Assembly: GCA_964035545.1 (NCBI GenBank) | Contig: OZ037767.1 | Span: 22,708,628 to 22,772,627, forward strand | Origin: Bugula neritina | Taxonomy: Eukaryota > Animalia > Bryozoa | DNA length: 64,000 nt | Direction: 5' to 3' | In this document: positions 1 through 13,900 of the stretch, piece by piece | Position numbering within the stretch: the first letter of the stretch is position 1 | Layout: each line of letters starts with the position of its first letter | Translations under genes and position numbers: made by a program | The notes under the pieces: model-generated | The model's input: only the letters and a program-made list of their open reading frames with translations | What the model was told of the DNA's origin: nothing | Databases searched by the model: none

Positions 1-118
1 TGAAATTTTACTAATAATATTTATTAATGACAACAACTTTCAATAATCGTTAATGTTTAGTAGTAATGATACTCTATCAGTATTAGTGAATTTAGTAACT
101 AACTCTAAGTAAGCCTAC

Positions 119-410
119 ATTTATGAAATTCTGGGGTATCCATGACATAAAAGACATCGATGTTCTTGTTTGTTACAAAAGATCTATGTGGCGTTGTTCC
201 AGCATACCCAACATGCTGAACTTTATATCCATTTTCAGCAAATGAAACAGCGTGGTTTCTCATTCTAGGGCTCCTGCCAATATCTCCTAAAACTAAAACT
301 GTTACGCAGCCATCTCCACTCTTGCTACCATTGCGCAACGTCAACACTAACACAACACTGAGGCAAATTATTATGAAGCCCATCACAAAAAGAAGAATTT
401 CTACCAACAT
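119..410 (-). CDS. ALG1: Chitobiosyldiphosphodolichol beta-1,4-mannosyltransferase, first coding exon (gene continues left of window)
   Basis: N-terminal hydrophobic anchor followed by VLVLGDIGRSPRMRNHAVSFA...VQHVGY, the ALG1 signature (LGD.GRSPRM.YHA.S); GT donor (GTAGGC on - strand) at 118-117. Confidence 0.9.
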
Positions 411-720
411 AATTTTGTTTTATAGGTCTTCAAAACAAAATGCAATAATTCAAGTTACTGTAAAGAGTAGAATTTCAATTATGACCAACAAAATTTTTAA
501 CTTGAGTAAAATTTTGCCAAGTGAAGCTTGACGGAAACTGTCAACATGTGTGCGTACTGGAATCACGCAAACAGTACTTTCTATTGGCTGTTGAATGGTC
601 CACTAATAAATCCACCGTTTTGACGACACGATAGCAACCAACAAAACATTTAATCATCTCATTGAACAATTTATTTACTTTATTTAAGAAACAAAAAGAA
701 AATAGTGACCAGGGTACAAA
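411..720. promoter_or_regulatory. Probable bidirectional promoter between ALG1 and the kinesin gene
   Basis: Head-to-head genes; locally CpG-richer stretch with ATTGG (CCAAT box) near 583 and an RFX half-site ATAGCAAC near 631. TSS positions are inferred, not seen. Confidence 0.5.
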
Positions 721-1973
721 CTGTTTTATTTATGGACTCATTATGAAAGTTTTTTAGCAAATTGTATGACAACACGACATCAGTTGGTTGTTTTAATTTT
801 TTGCCGTTAGATTTTAATTTACAAATATTCATACTGAAATAGTGAATCACACATTTTTATTTTCGATTTGCAATCAATTTAAATTTGTACGAACGCTGGT
901 GACTATCACTATGATTAGTCTTTAGTAAAAGTAGGTTGCTTTAGTCAAAATTATAATTAAAATTAGAAATAATTTTGGTGTCAATATTAGGAATTATCAA
1001 TTTCTTAAACTAATCTCAATTTGATCAATAATTAGTATTACTGCGTCCTAATAGTAATAGTAGTACTTACAGTTATAGTTATAGTTATACTATTAGTATT
1101 GGTATTGGTATTAATAATTTAGATTATTTTTACTATTAACAATGCCAGCAGCATAATAGTAAGTATAATTTTAATTTAAACCTAGATAACGTTAGAAAAA
1201 AGGGTTTGACTTCCAATTACCTTATGAGTAATTGTAGTATAGTTATTAATGACTAATGAGTAGGACTAAGAGTTGTGTAGTAGGGCTGCAACCTTTTGCA
1301 ATGATGTGCCATTGTTTTAATATTGTGGTAAGAGTTTTCTTGTTTTACTTATGTTTATACTATGAGTTGATGTTAATAAATTTTACTATCTGGTTTTAGG
1401 TTCTGGTCAGGCTAGACCCCTAAACTCATAGAACTTATTTGTTGTTTAAACGTTTTTAGTGTTTCTTTCAATTGCTTTTAAAAAGTGATACATTTGAAAT
1501 GTTGCTACCTTCACTTGGAAAGTTTAAGATTAATGGTCTACTTTTTATATAACAGAGAAATATGATAATTGATAAGTAATTAGTTGTTATTGTAAAAATT
1601 TTAAAACACTAGTAACCAACTTGTACATTAATGCAATAAAAGCTCCACAGGGTTAGTTTTATATTAAGTTTCACTTATTTGCTCTATACTCTAAGCTTTA
1701 TTTTGTGTACATTTAATCAAAATATTTAAAAGATTGTGTGATTGTACTCATCATTTTACTTAGTGGTTAAAACATTGATATTCACCATAAACATATTGCT
1801 ATTAACAATGGCTGATTTTTACTAAGCCATGAAAATTAAACAGAACTTATTGCTCAAGAGCTATATTTGCGAATGTGTTGTTTTTGATCTTCTGCAAATC
1901 TGGTTTGTGTTGACTTCAATGATACTCACTATGAATTTTGTAGATCATTTGCAGCTCTACTTAGTTTCTAAAA

Positions 1974-4900
1974 ATGGCGGAGAATGTGAAAGTTGCTGTC
2001 AGAGTTCGCCCATTCATATCCTTTATTACATACATAGTTTATAGCCTAGGTTATTCTTTTATTTAAATAGTACATATATTTCAACCAAGGAAAGTTTTGG
2101 CCCAGTGCACTTTATTATAAGAGAGCGGCATTTACTTTTGCTTAGTTACTTGAACTACCTATTATTACACATATTAGCCACTTTTCAGCAATCTATGAAC
2201 TTCAATTTTTGATATGTAAGTAGAGCAATAGTGAAAAGTTTTTAGGTATTTTGGCCATCAACTAAGTTAGTTACAAAAATTGATTTATTAATACGCTGCT
2301 GTAATTTATAGCAAGATCAATTATTAGTAGCAGAGATTAGTAAACAAATTACTGTATCCAGTACTTGCTTTCGTTAATTTATATAAGAGTGTGCAGACTT
2401 TCTATGACTCTAAAGATGATGTTAATGCATTGTCTAGAAATAAAACTACATGCTTGCCTATTGAAGTTCATCTTAGAATTAATTATTTTACTAATAAAGC
2501 AGTTCTAAACAGGCTGTTCTCTAAATGTCCGCTTCACACATTTTTATGTGTAGTACATATATGAATATAATGGTGCTATCTGTATAGAATAAATAAATAT
2601 TTGTAGATCTGCAAGCTACTTAATGCCTGTCAGCTCTTATCTAATAATGTAATGGTTACTATGATAGTATTTAATTTCCTTAGTGATGAATGAAAGTTGT
2701 GTTCCACTTGTATTGACTATATTTTGTATTCATCTCTTGTTTGTATATGCTAATGCCTAATGTCTTATTATATCATCAGCTAATAATGTCATGTGTTTGT
2801 CTATAATCTTTTCTTCTATTACTTTCTCTGGTTTAATAAGGCATCAAAACCATATCTTTAATGTTTATATCACTTACACAATACCCAAGTAGTGGCTAAA
2901 CTTAACTCAATCCAACAAAATTATTTTGATTTATTTCATAATATGCATAACAAAATGTTAGTTTGTCCTGCAGTTATATATACACTGCATGCAACTTGTC
3001 CAATATTGTGTAGCATCTAAAGAAATTTGTTACATATATAAAATTAAAAAAATTGTGGCTTTTATGATGTTTTAGCTCTGTATTCTGAAAGCTCTGTACA
3101 AATTAGGTACTGTAGCAGTGTGCAAAATGTTACTGCCTTTATTTTCTGTTGAGAAATCAAATATGTTTATTCTTAACTCGTGCACACAACTCCAGAGAAG
3201 TCCAACGAAATGCCAAGCTGATTATTGGTATGAATGGGAACACAACTACCATTAAAGATCCTGGTCAGCCAAATGAAGAGCCTCGAAAGGTGAAACTATC
3301 AGTTGATTATTATGGAAAGCATCCTAGCTAATACTTTGCTGTGTAAATTTAATTGTCCACTTTGAAAATTGTCGTAAATTATATATTTAAAATTATTTAA
3401 TTATTTCAAACATATCCATCTCTGTTTTGAATCAACTATCTCTCAATGTATATAACCTTTTGCACGAAATACACCTGAAACTAGAGAAATTATTTTGTGT
3501 CCCCACCGCTAGTTACTTGCCAATAGGTTGAATCTGACAAGACTGCTTTCACAAGCATATCTTTAAAAGTTATTCTAGAGGAGTTTTTTTCTCCTCTAGC
3601 AACTGTAATGATAATTATATGATTGCCTCTCATTTTTATCAAAGTTTACAAATATATAATTCAACATATGACGTGTTTGCAGTTTGCCTTTGACTTCTCT
3701 TACTGGTCACATGATGAGTATACTGAGGGCGGTGATGGCTACTTGAATCCTTCCGGCAGCAAGTACGCTGACCAGAAGAAAGTGTTTGAAGATTTGGGTA
3801 TGTATATCGCTTGTATAAATAAGTCGCCACTAATATTTCAATTAAATCAAAACTGTGGTGTCAGAATATATAATTTCTACTTTTGTATTATAATTAGGTA
3901 ACTTTTACCTTGGTGGACCATGGCAATTTAAACTACGTATGTGAAATTTGCAGACTATCGTAAATGTTTCTTTTGTGTGAGGCACTATTTTCTAAAATCA
4001 GTAAAATTAATCTGCTATTCACAACACATAACTACGATTTCAAATTGTTGAGATGACATTCAGTCTACAATACGTGCTACACACACATACACGCATGCAC
4101 GCACACACACTTCTTAGATTCACCTACAGTGCATAGTATACATAGTATACCTTAGTTGATAATGTAATATTATTTCATAGGGCGAGGTGTCCTGTCCAAT
4201 GCATGGAATGGTTACAATGTTTCACTATTTGCTTACGGGCAGACTGGGTCTGGGAAATCTTATTCCATGGTCGGATATGGGGCCAACAAAGGTTTGTTGC
4301 TCACTATCATAGTTTTTGTCATAAATTTCATACAATTTTTTATAAATATGTCACAAAATAGCTATTTGAAAGCTGAATGGGTTGCCGTATTGAATTCAGG
4401 AATTGTTCCTGTATCATCCGAGACTTTGTTCACTGAAATTGAGAAAAAGCGAGAAACGGCGGTGAAAGGTGAAGAGTACCAAGTGACGTTCTCCATGTTG
4501 GAAATTTACAATGAGCAAGTTCGTGACCTCCTGAACCCAAAGAGCAATGTCAAAGGTGGACTGAAAGTAAGAGAGAAGCCTGGCAAAGGATTCTATGGTA
4601 AGACATGCAAGTAGCTACTAGCTCTTCTCTGTTGGACACATGAAATGTTTCTGGCCGTGATTGTTGTCGACTCCAAGTCAAATTTTGGTTACAGTGGCAT
4701 TGAACAATGCAAACTGATGATCATAAACTTATTTATTGTTCAAGTATAGTATTAAGATTTATATATTGTAATACACTACTTTTAATAAAGCTGAATTAAA
4801 AACTGAGCAATATACTGCAGCAATACTTATTCTGTGCTCTTCCTTACAGTAGCAGCATAATATACAAAACTTTTAAAAACACCTAAAATTGGAACCGCTA

Positions 4901-7900
4901 CATTTCTATGCCTTAATCAACCATGCATTGTTATAAATTATTTGATGTTTACTTATTTACTCATTGTTTGCTGTCGAAAGTTAACAACTTTCTGGTGCAT
5001 GTTTCAGTTGAGCAGCTAACCGCTGCCGCTGTCAACAGCTATGCCGAGATTGAGTCTAAGGAACAGGAAGGAACTAGAAACAGGACGGTAGCAGCTACCA
5101 ACATGAATGCAACCAGCTCCAGAGCTCACACTATTGTAGCCATCAACTTCACACAGAAAGCCCCGAACGCAGCTGGAGAAAGCATGACTAAGCAAGCCAG
5201 CATCAACCTGGTGGATTTGGCTGGCAGGTAAGCTAATAAGCCCTTTTGAGAAGTCCCTTTAGGGGTATTTATAATTTGGGATTGTCTCCTCCCACCCGGT
5301 GCTAGGGGAACCTCCATGATGGAGAGCAAGTACTAAAATTCAGTAGGAATTTAAGGTTTGTGAGAAGATTATTGCTGATTTTATGTACTTTCTCTCCATC
5401 ATGAAGGTTCCCCTAGTACCGAATGGGAGGAGACAACTCTAAAATATAAATATTCCTAGAAGGACTTCTGAACAGGGTTTATTGTGTTATTTGTTAAAGT
5501 GATATAGTCTTTTGGAGTTATCTTTCCTTTTATGTTTGTGTTGTTAAATGTGGGAATGTTGATAAAATTGATGAAATATTTTTAATTCACATTTATCTGA
5601 GCATAACTAATCATAACTTCATTAGTATATTTTAGCTAAATATTTTTGGTGTTGGAAATCTTTGTGTCGTTTTGTGAAAAATATAAATATTTTTTCAGTT
5701 GTGCAGTTCTAATCTCTGTTATAATTTAATTTTTTGGACGTGAAGTTGTGTTTCCATGTAGTGAATATGTTTTACAGTGAGAGAGCTGAGTCTACAGGAG
5801 CTACTGGAGACAGACTGAAGGAAGGTTCGGCTATCAACAAGTCTCTCAGTGCCTTGGGAAATGTAATCAAAGCCCTAGCTGACCAGTCTATGGGGAATAC
5901 CAAAGTAATGGGTGAGTTAGAGCTGCCTGTATCTTATCAGAGTAGTATATAGTTGGTGGTTTATGACTATGTAGAATTAAAAAATCTAAAATCTGTTTGT
6001 TAGCATCTTGAGCGGTAACCATAGTAACTGTAGTTTATTTCTGACTGTAAGCCAGCTAATAAATTTTTTTATTGCATTGGTATTTAATTGTAGCTTTTCC
6101 TTTTTGGAGTTTTTTGCTTATAGCCACGAGTTGAAATTAAATAATATAATTGTTTTTTGGCAAACATATACATTATATATTGCATAGCTTACATTAGATC
6201 TAATGTAGTATCCTCTTTTTTACAAAATTCAGACAATCTACATACATATGGGCTAATTTTATGTATATTTTACATAATCATGTTATATATGATTTACAAG
6301 GCAACCCGCTTTACTGGGATTATAAGCTAACTTTTCAAATAGTCTGAGAACTCACAACCTTATATTTCTATTCCAGTGCCCTTCCGAGACTCAGTGCTCA
6401 CCAGACTGCTGAAGAATGCTCTCGGTGGAAACAGCAAAACTATTATGGTAAGCAAGTTTTTAGATAGAATGTTCTAGAATGGAATTATCCTCAGTTAATT
6501 ATTTTAGTTCAATTGCAAGACAATTGCTTTCTAACAACAGACCGTTTGATTATGTGACTTTTAGATAGCTGCCTTGAGTCCTGCAGATATCAACTATGAA
6601 GAGACGCTGTCCACTTTGCGATTTGGTGAGTTTTTATTTAATGCATACTCTCACCTTGACTCACTTTAGCTTGCCTTGACTCACCTTAGCTTACCTTGAC
6701 TCATCTTAGCTTACCTTGACTCAACTTAGCTCACGTTGACTCATCTTAGCTTACCTTGACTTGCCTTAGCTTACCTTGACTCACCTTAGCTCACGTTGAC
6801 TCACCTTAGCTTGCCTTGACTCACCTTAGCTCATCTTAGCTTACCTTGACTTACCTTAGCTCACGTTGACTCATCTTAGCTTACCTGACTTTCATAGTTA
6901 ACCTGAACCACTGACTAACTTACATCACCTGACCCATTCAACTCATCTGACTCACCTAACTCACAACTCACTTAACATGCCTTACTTGTGTAACCCAGCT
7001 TGACTCACCTAAACCACAATGACTCATCTATCTCATCTGACTCACCCAACTCACTATACTAACAAATCTCTACCAGAAAAGTTAGTTTATATTATGTGGA
7101 TTGTGTGTAGAATACATGCAGTCCTTCCAGTGAATATATATTAATGTTTTAATCAGTCTTTGTATAAAATATATTACATCGTCTATATAAGTAACTCATC
7201 GAGTTATAATACATTTGCAATTTTAAGTAAAATATGCGTGGAGGATAAGGCATATCAGAAATCAACTATTTGAGTTTGTGACATGTTCACAGGTTATATG
7301 CTTATAAAACAATCTTGTTCACAGAATAATTGTGTGGACTAAATATACAAATAATACTTATGTATTATTAATAATATATAATCATGTGATCAGGTTCTAT
7401 TTTTTTTATAAGTTTGTATATTGAGATGCTTATTGTTTTTTTAGAGGTAATTGAGAGACTATTTTTTCAAACAGTATTCTATGCAAAGCACTCCAAATAA
7501 TAAAAACACATGTTGGTATCAATGTTACTTATATTTAAATATTTGATGATAAAACTGACTGTTCTGAAGTATCTAGAATATATTTTGTATATAATATACT
7601 TATATTTTATATGTATTATATACAATATAAAATATGATAAAATTGTTCAAATGTCGTCTATTCCATAATTAGCATACATTCCAATGTAGCAAGCTGCATT
7701 GAACAGTTTGTTACTTGTAGAAATTAGAAATGTTTCTCTAACCCGTACTATTTGTGTGTAGCTGACAGAGCTAAGGCTATCAAGACTACAGCTACAGTCA
7801 ACGAAAGTCCAACTGATAAACTTATCAGAGAGTTGAGAGAGGAAAATGCTAAGCTAATGGAAATGCTGAAAAAAGGGGGAGTTCCTCCAGAGATGATGGC

Positions 7901-10900
7901 AGCACAGCAAGAAGGTGGCGGCAGCGACAGTTCTCAAGAAGGTAAGAATATTTATATCCAGTGAGAGTGAAGTATATCTAGTTATATCTGACTGAGCTGA
8001 TACTTGGTCGGCCATTTTATGATTGGCAACATGGCCAATTTAATGCACTTTTTGGAGTTGTATAAGTTATGCATGTTGTTTCAAATGACTAGAAATGGAA
8101 GAGATGAGAAAACAGATGGAGGAGGAAATGAAAAGAAACCAGGAGGAAATGGAGGCCATGAAAAAGTCTTGGGAAGAAAGACTCAAGGAACAGCAGAATG
8201 AAAACTCTGTAAGTATAAAACAATAAAAAAATATTAGTTAGTAAAAACAGCTTTGTAAAGTCTATGCATTCATACAGTATTTATAAATGTTTCAATAAAC
8301 TGGTAAAATGTTTTTTCTTGTGATGCTTTTTTAAATAAAATTATGCATTCGTCAAAGCTTTGTTGCTATTTGCCAGATAGAAATAAATTCAAACTAATTT
8401 GCAAAAATCTCAATAAATGATTTAATATGTATGTATTTCATTAAAATCTATCTATGCATGATATGCATTATAACTATGACTATTGGGAGTTACTTCTAGA
8501 ACTCAGTTACAAAAACTTTCTGTGAATCATAGCCTACTGTTTATAGAGCAAAGTAGCTGAGGAAGCCAAGCATGCTGAAATGAAGAAGGTTACCCCTCAC
8601 TTCTGGAACTTGAATGAGGATCCCGCTCTAACCGGCATGGTTATACATCTGTGTCCAGAAGGAACTACTGCTATTGGCACAGACAAGGCTAAGAAGGCTC
8701 CTGGGATACTTCTCAAAGGTCTAAAGTAAGTGAATCATACCTAACAAAAATCTGTGTTTCCAGTTTATATTCCAACTTCTTTAGTAGTTGTCTGCTCATT
8801 GAAGACAGTAGCATGTCAGTGTGATGTTATGTTGTCATTCTTATGCTATGTAAAAACTGCAAAATATAAAAGCTAACTGTCGTTATAACAATATGCATTT
8901 TAATTTACTTGCTGTGCCATTTCTAATACTGGAGTTGCCTTCTACTATGGGTTAATGAAACCAAACTTGTGCTTGTAGCAGAAGTCAACAACATGGTAGA
9001 ATAACTCTAAGCTATTACTCCATTGCACATTTAGCTAGTACTGTAAAAAACCTTAAAATACTAGTTTATTATTTGAATATAAAATGAGTTGAATTTTATT
9101 TCTAATTATGAAATATGTTTTTGTGTAGCTAAAGATCAACAAAATTCTATAATATTGCATAGGTGTACATTCTGTACTCATAAGCTGACTCATGTGAATT
9201 TTAGTATTTTGCCTGAACACGCCTCCGTCACAAACAAAGGAGGTACTGTGAAAATCAAGTGTCTCGGTGGGGCAAAGCTGTTGGTAAATGGACAAGCAGT
9301 GACTAAGGAGCGAGAACTTCATCATCATGACAGAGTGCTGTTTGGCAGCAGCCATCTGTATGTGTTTCACAGCCCTAAGGTGAGTGATTGGTTACTCTGT
9401 AAGTCAGCAGTTTCATGGGGAAGAGTTATTTTGAGTAACTGAGGGCCAGTTGGATTAAACACTGCAAATTTCAAGTCATTAAATATGTGGTTTGGCCATA
9501 GCTTATAATTGATCTGTTTGAAGAAAAGAATCACATTGATCTTAGCCCAAAGATTAAAATTCAAACACAATATTATTATCTTGTAACACTATTGCCAATT
9601 AGTTTTTGAAAATGTTTGCAAAAATAAGTAAATGTAATGTTGAAGTAAATGTGATATTGTAGCCTACTGGGTTGAAACACTTCCCTCTTTAATAATTAGT
9701 TTACAATAAAACTATAATCAGGTCTTGAATCATTAAAGTTTTCAGAGCAAGTATTATTCTCATACAGTTAGTATATATAGCTTTGTGTTGACATTTTTGT
9801 GACGTTTATTTTGTCATCTACAGTTGCAGACCTACAAGTCACGACGTTGATACTGTTTTCTTAAACTATTAACTAATTCTGCTCAGCAAAATAATTCTGC
9901 TCTTTTATAAATTAAGTTGTGAAGATAGTAATGATAATATATATAAAAGTTAGTTGAATAATCCTGAAGTTATTCCCAAAAACTTGAGACGCTGCACTGA
10001 TACTGCATCTTTCTTTCTCCTACTGATCTATCCCCCAGTCTGTCTGTATTTAAACAGCCATGATTATCTGTCTACTTCTACTTTGCTATTAGAATTTTAC
10101 AGCCAAGCTGCTAAAGCTCTAACCTCGTTTGATGCAAGTTTCTGTTTTGGTGAATCTATTTCAACTTCATTTGACTGACCACCTGCTCTTCTAATGGTTG
10201 TCTATTATTGCCTAAAATTTAGCACATTTCTGAACACCCGGCAGATTTAGCCCACCCGGCATTCAGCGTGCAGATTATTAAAATTTATTTGTAGGCAAAA
10301 AAGATAAAGACAAACTTTTTTGAACATAGGCAACTGTCCTGGACTGAGACTGAGTCGGTTAGTGGTACTTCCTGTTTCACCATATGTCGCTTGCTGCTGG
10401 AGTTGTCATCACATGTTGTTTGCTCTATCTGTTCTGGGCTATATTTCAATTTAACATTTTGTTGATGAGAGGAAAGACTGAAGGCATCACAGAGTAGTAG
10501 CTTCTTATTTTGTTCTATTTTGCCTTAGTTCTGCTTTCATTCTGCAGTAGTAGTTTTCTGGTTACTGAGGCTAGGTCTACCTTCTGCTTTTTATCAATTG
10601 TAAGTCTCTATATAAAACAGCTTAGTTGCTCTTTTAATCTCTTTCTTCACACACTCTTGACTATAAGTATAGTAGCAGCTGGTCATTTTACTCTGTCCTC
10701 ATTCAATAGCTTACAGGTGAACTGAAAATACTTGCAAGAAAAGCAGAACAAAATTCTAGTTTAATTTAATTTCTTCCAGTAAAACCTTTTTTAATATGAA
10801 ATAATTTTCTTTACCTGGACAATTTGTTAGGATTTCGCCGAAAGACAAAAGGCCAACAAAAAGGATGAAACTCCTTCCTACGAAACAGCTCAGGAGGAAA

Positions 10901-13900
10901 TTGCTGAGAACTCTGGAATGGCCGCTCTCTTAGGTGGAGCAGGTGGAAAGTCGAAAGGTAAACCAACTGTAAATATGTACCTGCACTGCAAGTTTTATAT
11001 CCATGTATTGCACTACATCTTGTTTTAATGGTGTGTGAGGGTCCTAAACTTATCCTGACGTTGTTTGCTGCCTTTTTCAGAGGACCTGCTGCTGCAGGAA
11101 GATCTTATTCATATGCTGCCGATGGTTAATGAAGCCAACGCTATGTCCGAGGAACTTGATAAGAAGGTCAAGTTTGAGGTGGCTCTGATTGCGCCTCAAG
11201 CTAGAGGCCTCAAAGAAGGCAGAACTGAGGTAAAGAATAATGTGTTGGAGTATTGGCCTGCTAGCTCATGTAGATTGTGATGTCATGTTTTCACTGCATG
11301 TGACATTCTCTCAGCTTGTTTTGGCAACAATCCGGGAATTTTAAAGACTTTTGCTAATTTTAAACAGTTATTTAGATGTTTATGTCTAATAGTCACTTCT
11401 ACCCTCTTATCTGTAAAACACGTGAGTTAAAGTAGAAAGCACAGTTAACTAGATGTTATTATACAAAGCAATTTTGATGATTTTTAACATTTAATTTTAG
11501 CAAAAAAAGTTTCTTTCACCGTAGAAAATTTATGACTTTACACCTTTCAACTCCGAATCTTATCAGTTAGTTGACAATGAATGTACAGAGTTGCTGTTTG
11601 TTACGTCACACCTTCTTATGTCACATTTTCTTACGTCACACCTGTCATATCTCCAGGTGAATGTGAAGCACAAGAACTTGGAGACAGGAACTGTCTTCAT
11701 GTGGGACAGAAACAAGTTTATTGACAGGAAGTTTATGATGCAAGAAATGTACCAGAACTATGTGGAGGGTGACAAGAACTGGAACGATGGAGCCGGGACT
11801 GTATGTATCTACTTGATGTAATGTTACCTTTTTTTGAAGTATCAGTGTTGGTGCATTGATGTTAGCATATTGGTAATGGTGTATTGGTATTAGTATTATG
11901 GTAATGGTACTTATATTGGTTTATTAGTGTTATTGTATTGACATTAGCGTACTGGTGTATTAATATTAGTGAATTTGTATTGATGGGAAATGTTATACTC
12001 AATTGAAGTTTTGTCAGGATTTGTATTGTGGTATGGAGGGAAGAGAAACTGAAGTGATTGAAGAGTTGTGTGCTCCTAGGAATTTAATCAGAATTTAATA
12101 TTACAATAATAGTAGTTTAGCAAAACTGTTGTGTTCTGTTAATTAGTAATATTCTCACTTGTAGGAAAGAGATCCCTTCTGGGTGGACCCCGCAGGCCCC
12201 GTACTTATCGGTACATCACAGATTATTCTGAAATCTCTGGGCTATCTTATTGAAACACAAGAAAAACTGCCTATTACAGACTTCAAGGGGAATGATGAAG
12301 GTTGGTTATAGAAATAATTTTTTTAAATCTGTGAAGTTTAAAAACAAATTAGTAAAATTCTTATTTTTTTTATTATAAATATTGTGTGTAATTTACGAAA
12401 ATAATTAGTTTTATTCATGATCGTTTTTTTGGTAAAGTTCTTACACACAAACAAAAAGTAGTAGAATTTATTTATTGTCTTTAGATCGCACATTAACTTT
12501 TAAAAACCTCATCTCCTTCTGGCAATTGTTTTAGTTATGATTTTCTGACGCACATTACCTTCAAAACTGTTGTTTGTGTTTGTTTCCAGGCTACCTTCAG
12601 GTGGAGATAAATCCGTGTAACAGTTCAGGGGGTGATTTGGGTGATGACGACTTTGTGGATAATCCACAAGATCTTGTTGGCAAATCTTTATCCTTCAAAA
12701 TTCTGATTCCACATGCAAGAGGACTGAACTCCAAATATGATAAGGTAGCATATATCAAACACGCAGTAACTATAGTCACTCATGAATTATGTAATTACAC
12801 AGTATTTTGAAAAAAGATTTTGGAAGTGGCAGACTAATTCATTTTGTTATGACTTTGCCTGATTCTGATTATATATAAGCATTTGCTGCATTATTAATTT
12901 TACTCAAGACGCTCGGATTTAATTTGAAAGAAATTAAATACAAGATTAAAATTGATTCAAATAAATTAATTTAATAATATTATTAATTTTTTTCATCCTG
13001 CCCTTAACCTGCTATGCCATAGACAGGTAGCCTGCAATGCGCATGTGCTCTTTGCTAAATACTGATAGACTATCTCAACCTGTATCACCCACATGAACAT
13101 GGTGTGAGATTAAATTCTATACTAGTGATAAAATAACCACTCAGTCATTTTGCTCATAACTTATACTCGGGCTGGCAGAAGAGCATAAAGCTTTTATTCA
13201 TCACGCTATGTACATCTGTCTGATAATTTTTTGCAGACGTTTGCCAACTATCGCTTCTATCTGGACGAAGATCCTGCTAAAACAGAAATGGTGGCAGGAA
13301 GTAACCCTGAATATAAGCATGAGAAAATGTTTCACTTTAAAGTCGTCACCGAAAGTGTAAGTGCTGATCAGTAACTCATGTATGACTCATGTATGACTCA
13401 TGTATGACTCATATATGACGCATGTATGTATCATGCTTGCTGACATAAAATCACGCTCATTAATTACTGGAAAATTTGATTTGATAATTAGTTTTGCTGG
13501 ATATGCTATAGTTAAAAGCACAAGTGGGTTTACTCGTGTGAAATAAAATGCAGAAAGGCTTCAAGCCCATGCCATGTTACATTACAATCAATCTGAATAG
13601 AATGTTGCAAGCTGTTCATGATATTCCAATATATTATCATAATCATTCTTGTGCCACAGTGAGAACAAGTGCTTAGCTAGCTCTAATAATCCCTACAATC
13701 AGGGGTTCTCACAGGACTGGAGACTTAAAAACAAGCGTTAATTGTTTTGCGATTGCAGATGATCGAGTACATTGAACAAGGGCAGCTTATCATTGAAGTT
13801 TGGGGCTCTCAGAAGGAGGTCCCAAGATCTACCCCAGCTGCAAAGGGTGCCAAGGCTACTGGTAAAAGCGGGGCAGCAGCTCCGGCCAAGTCTACTAAAG

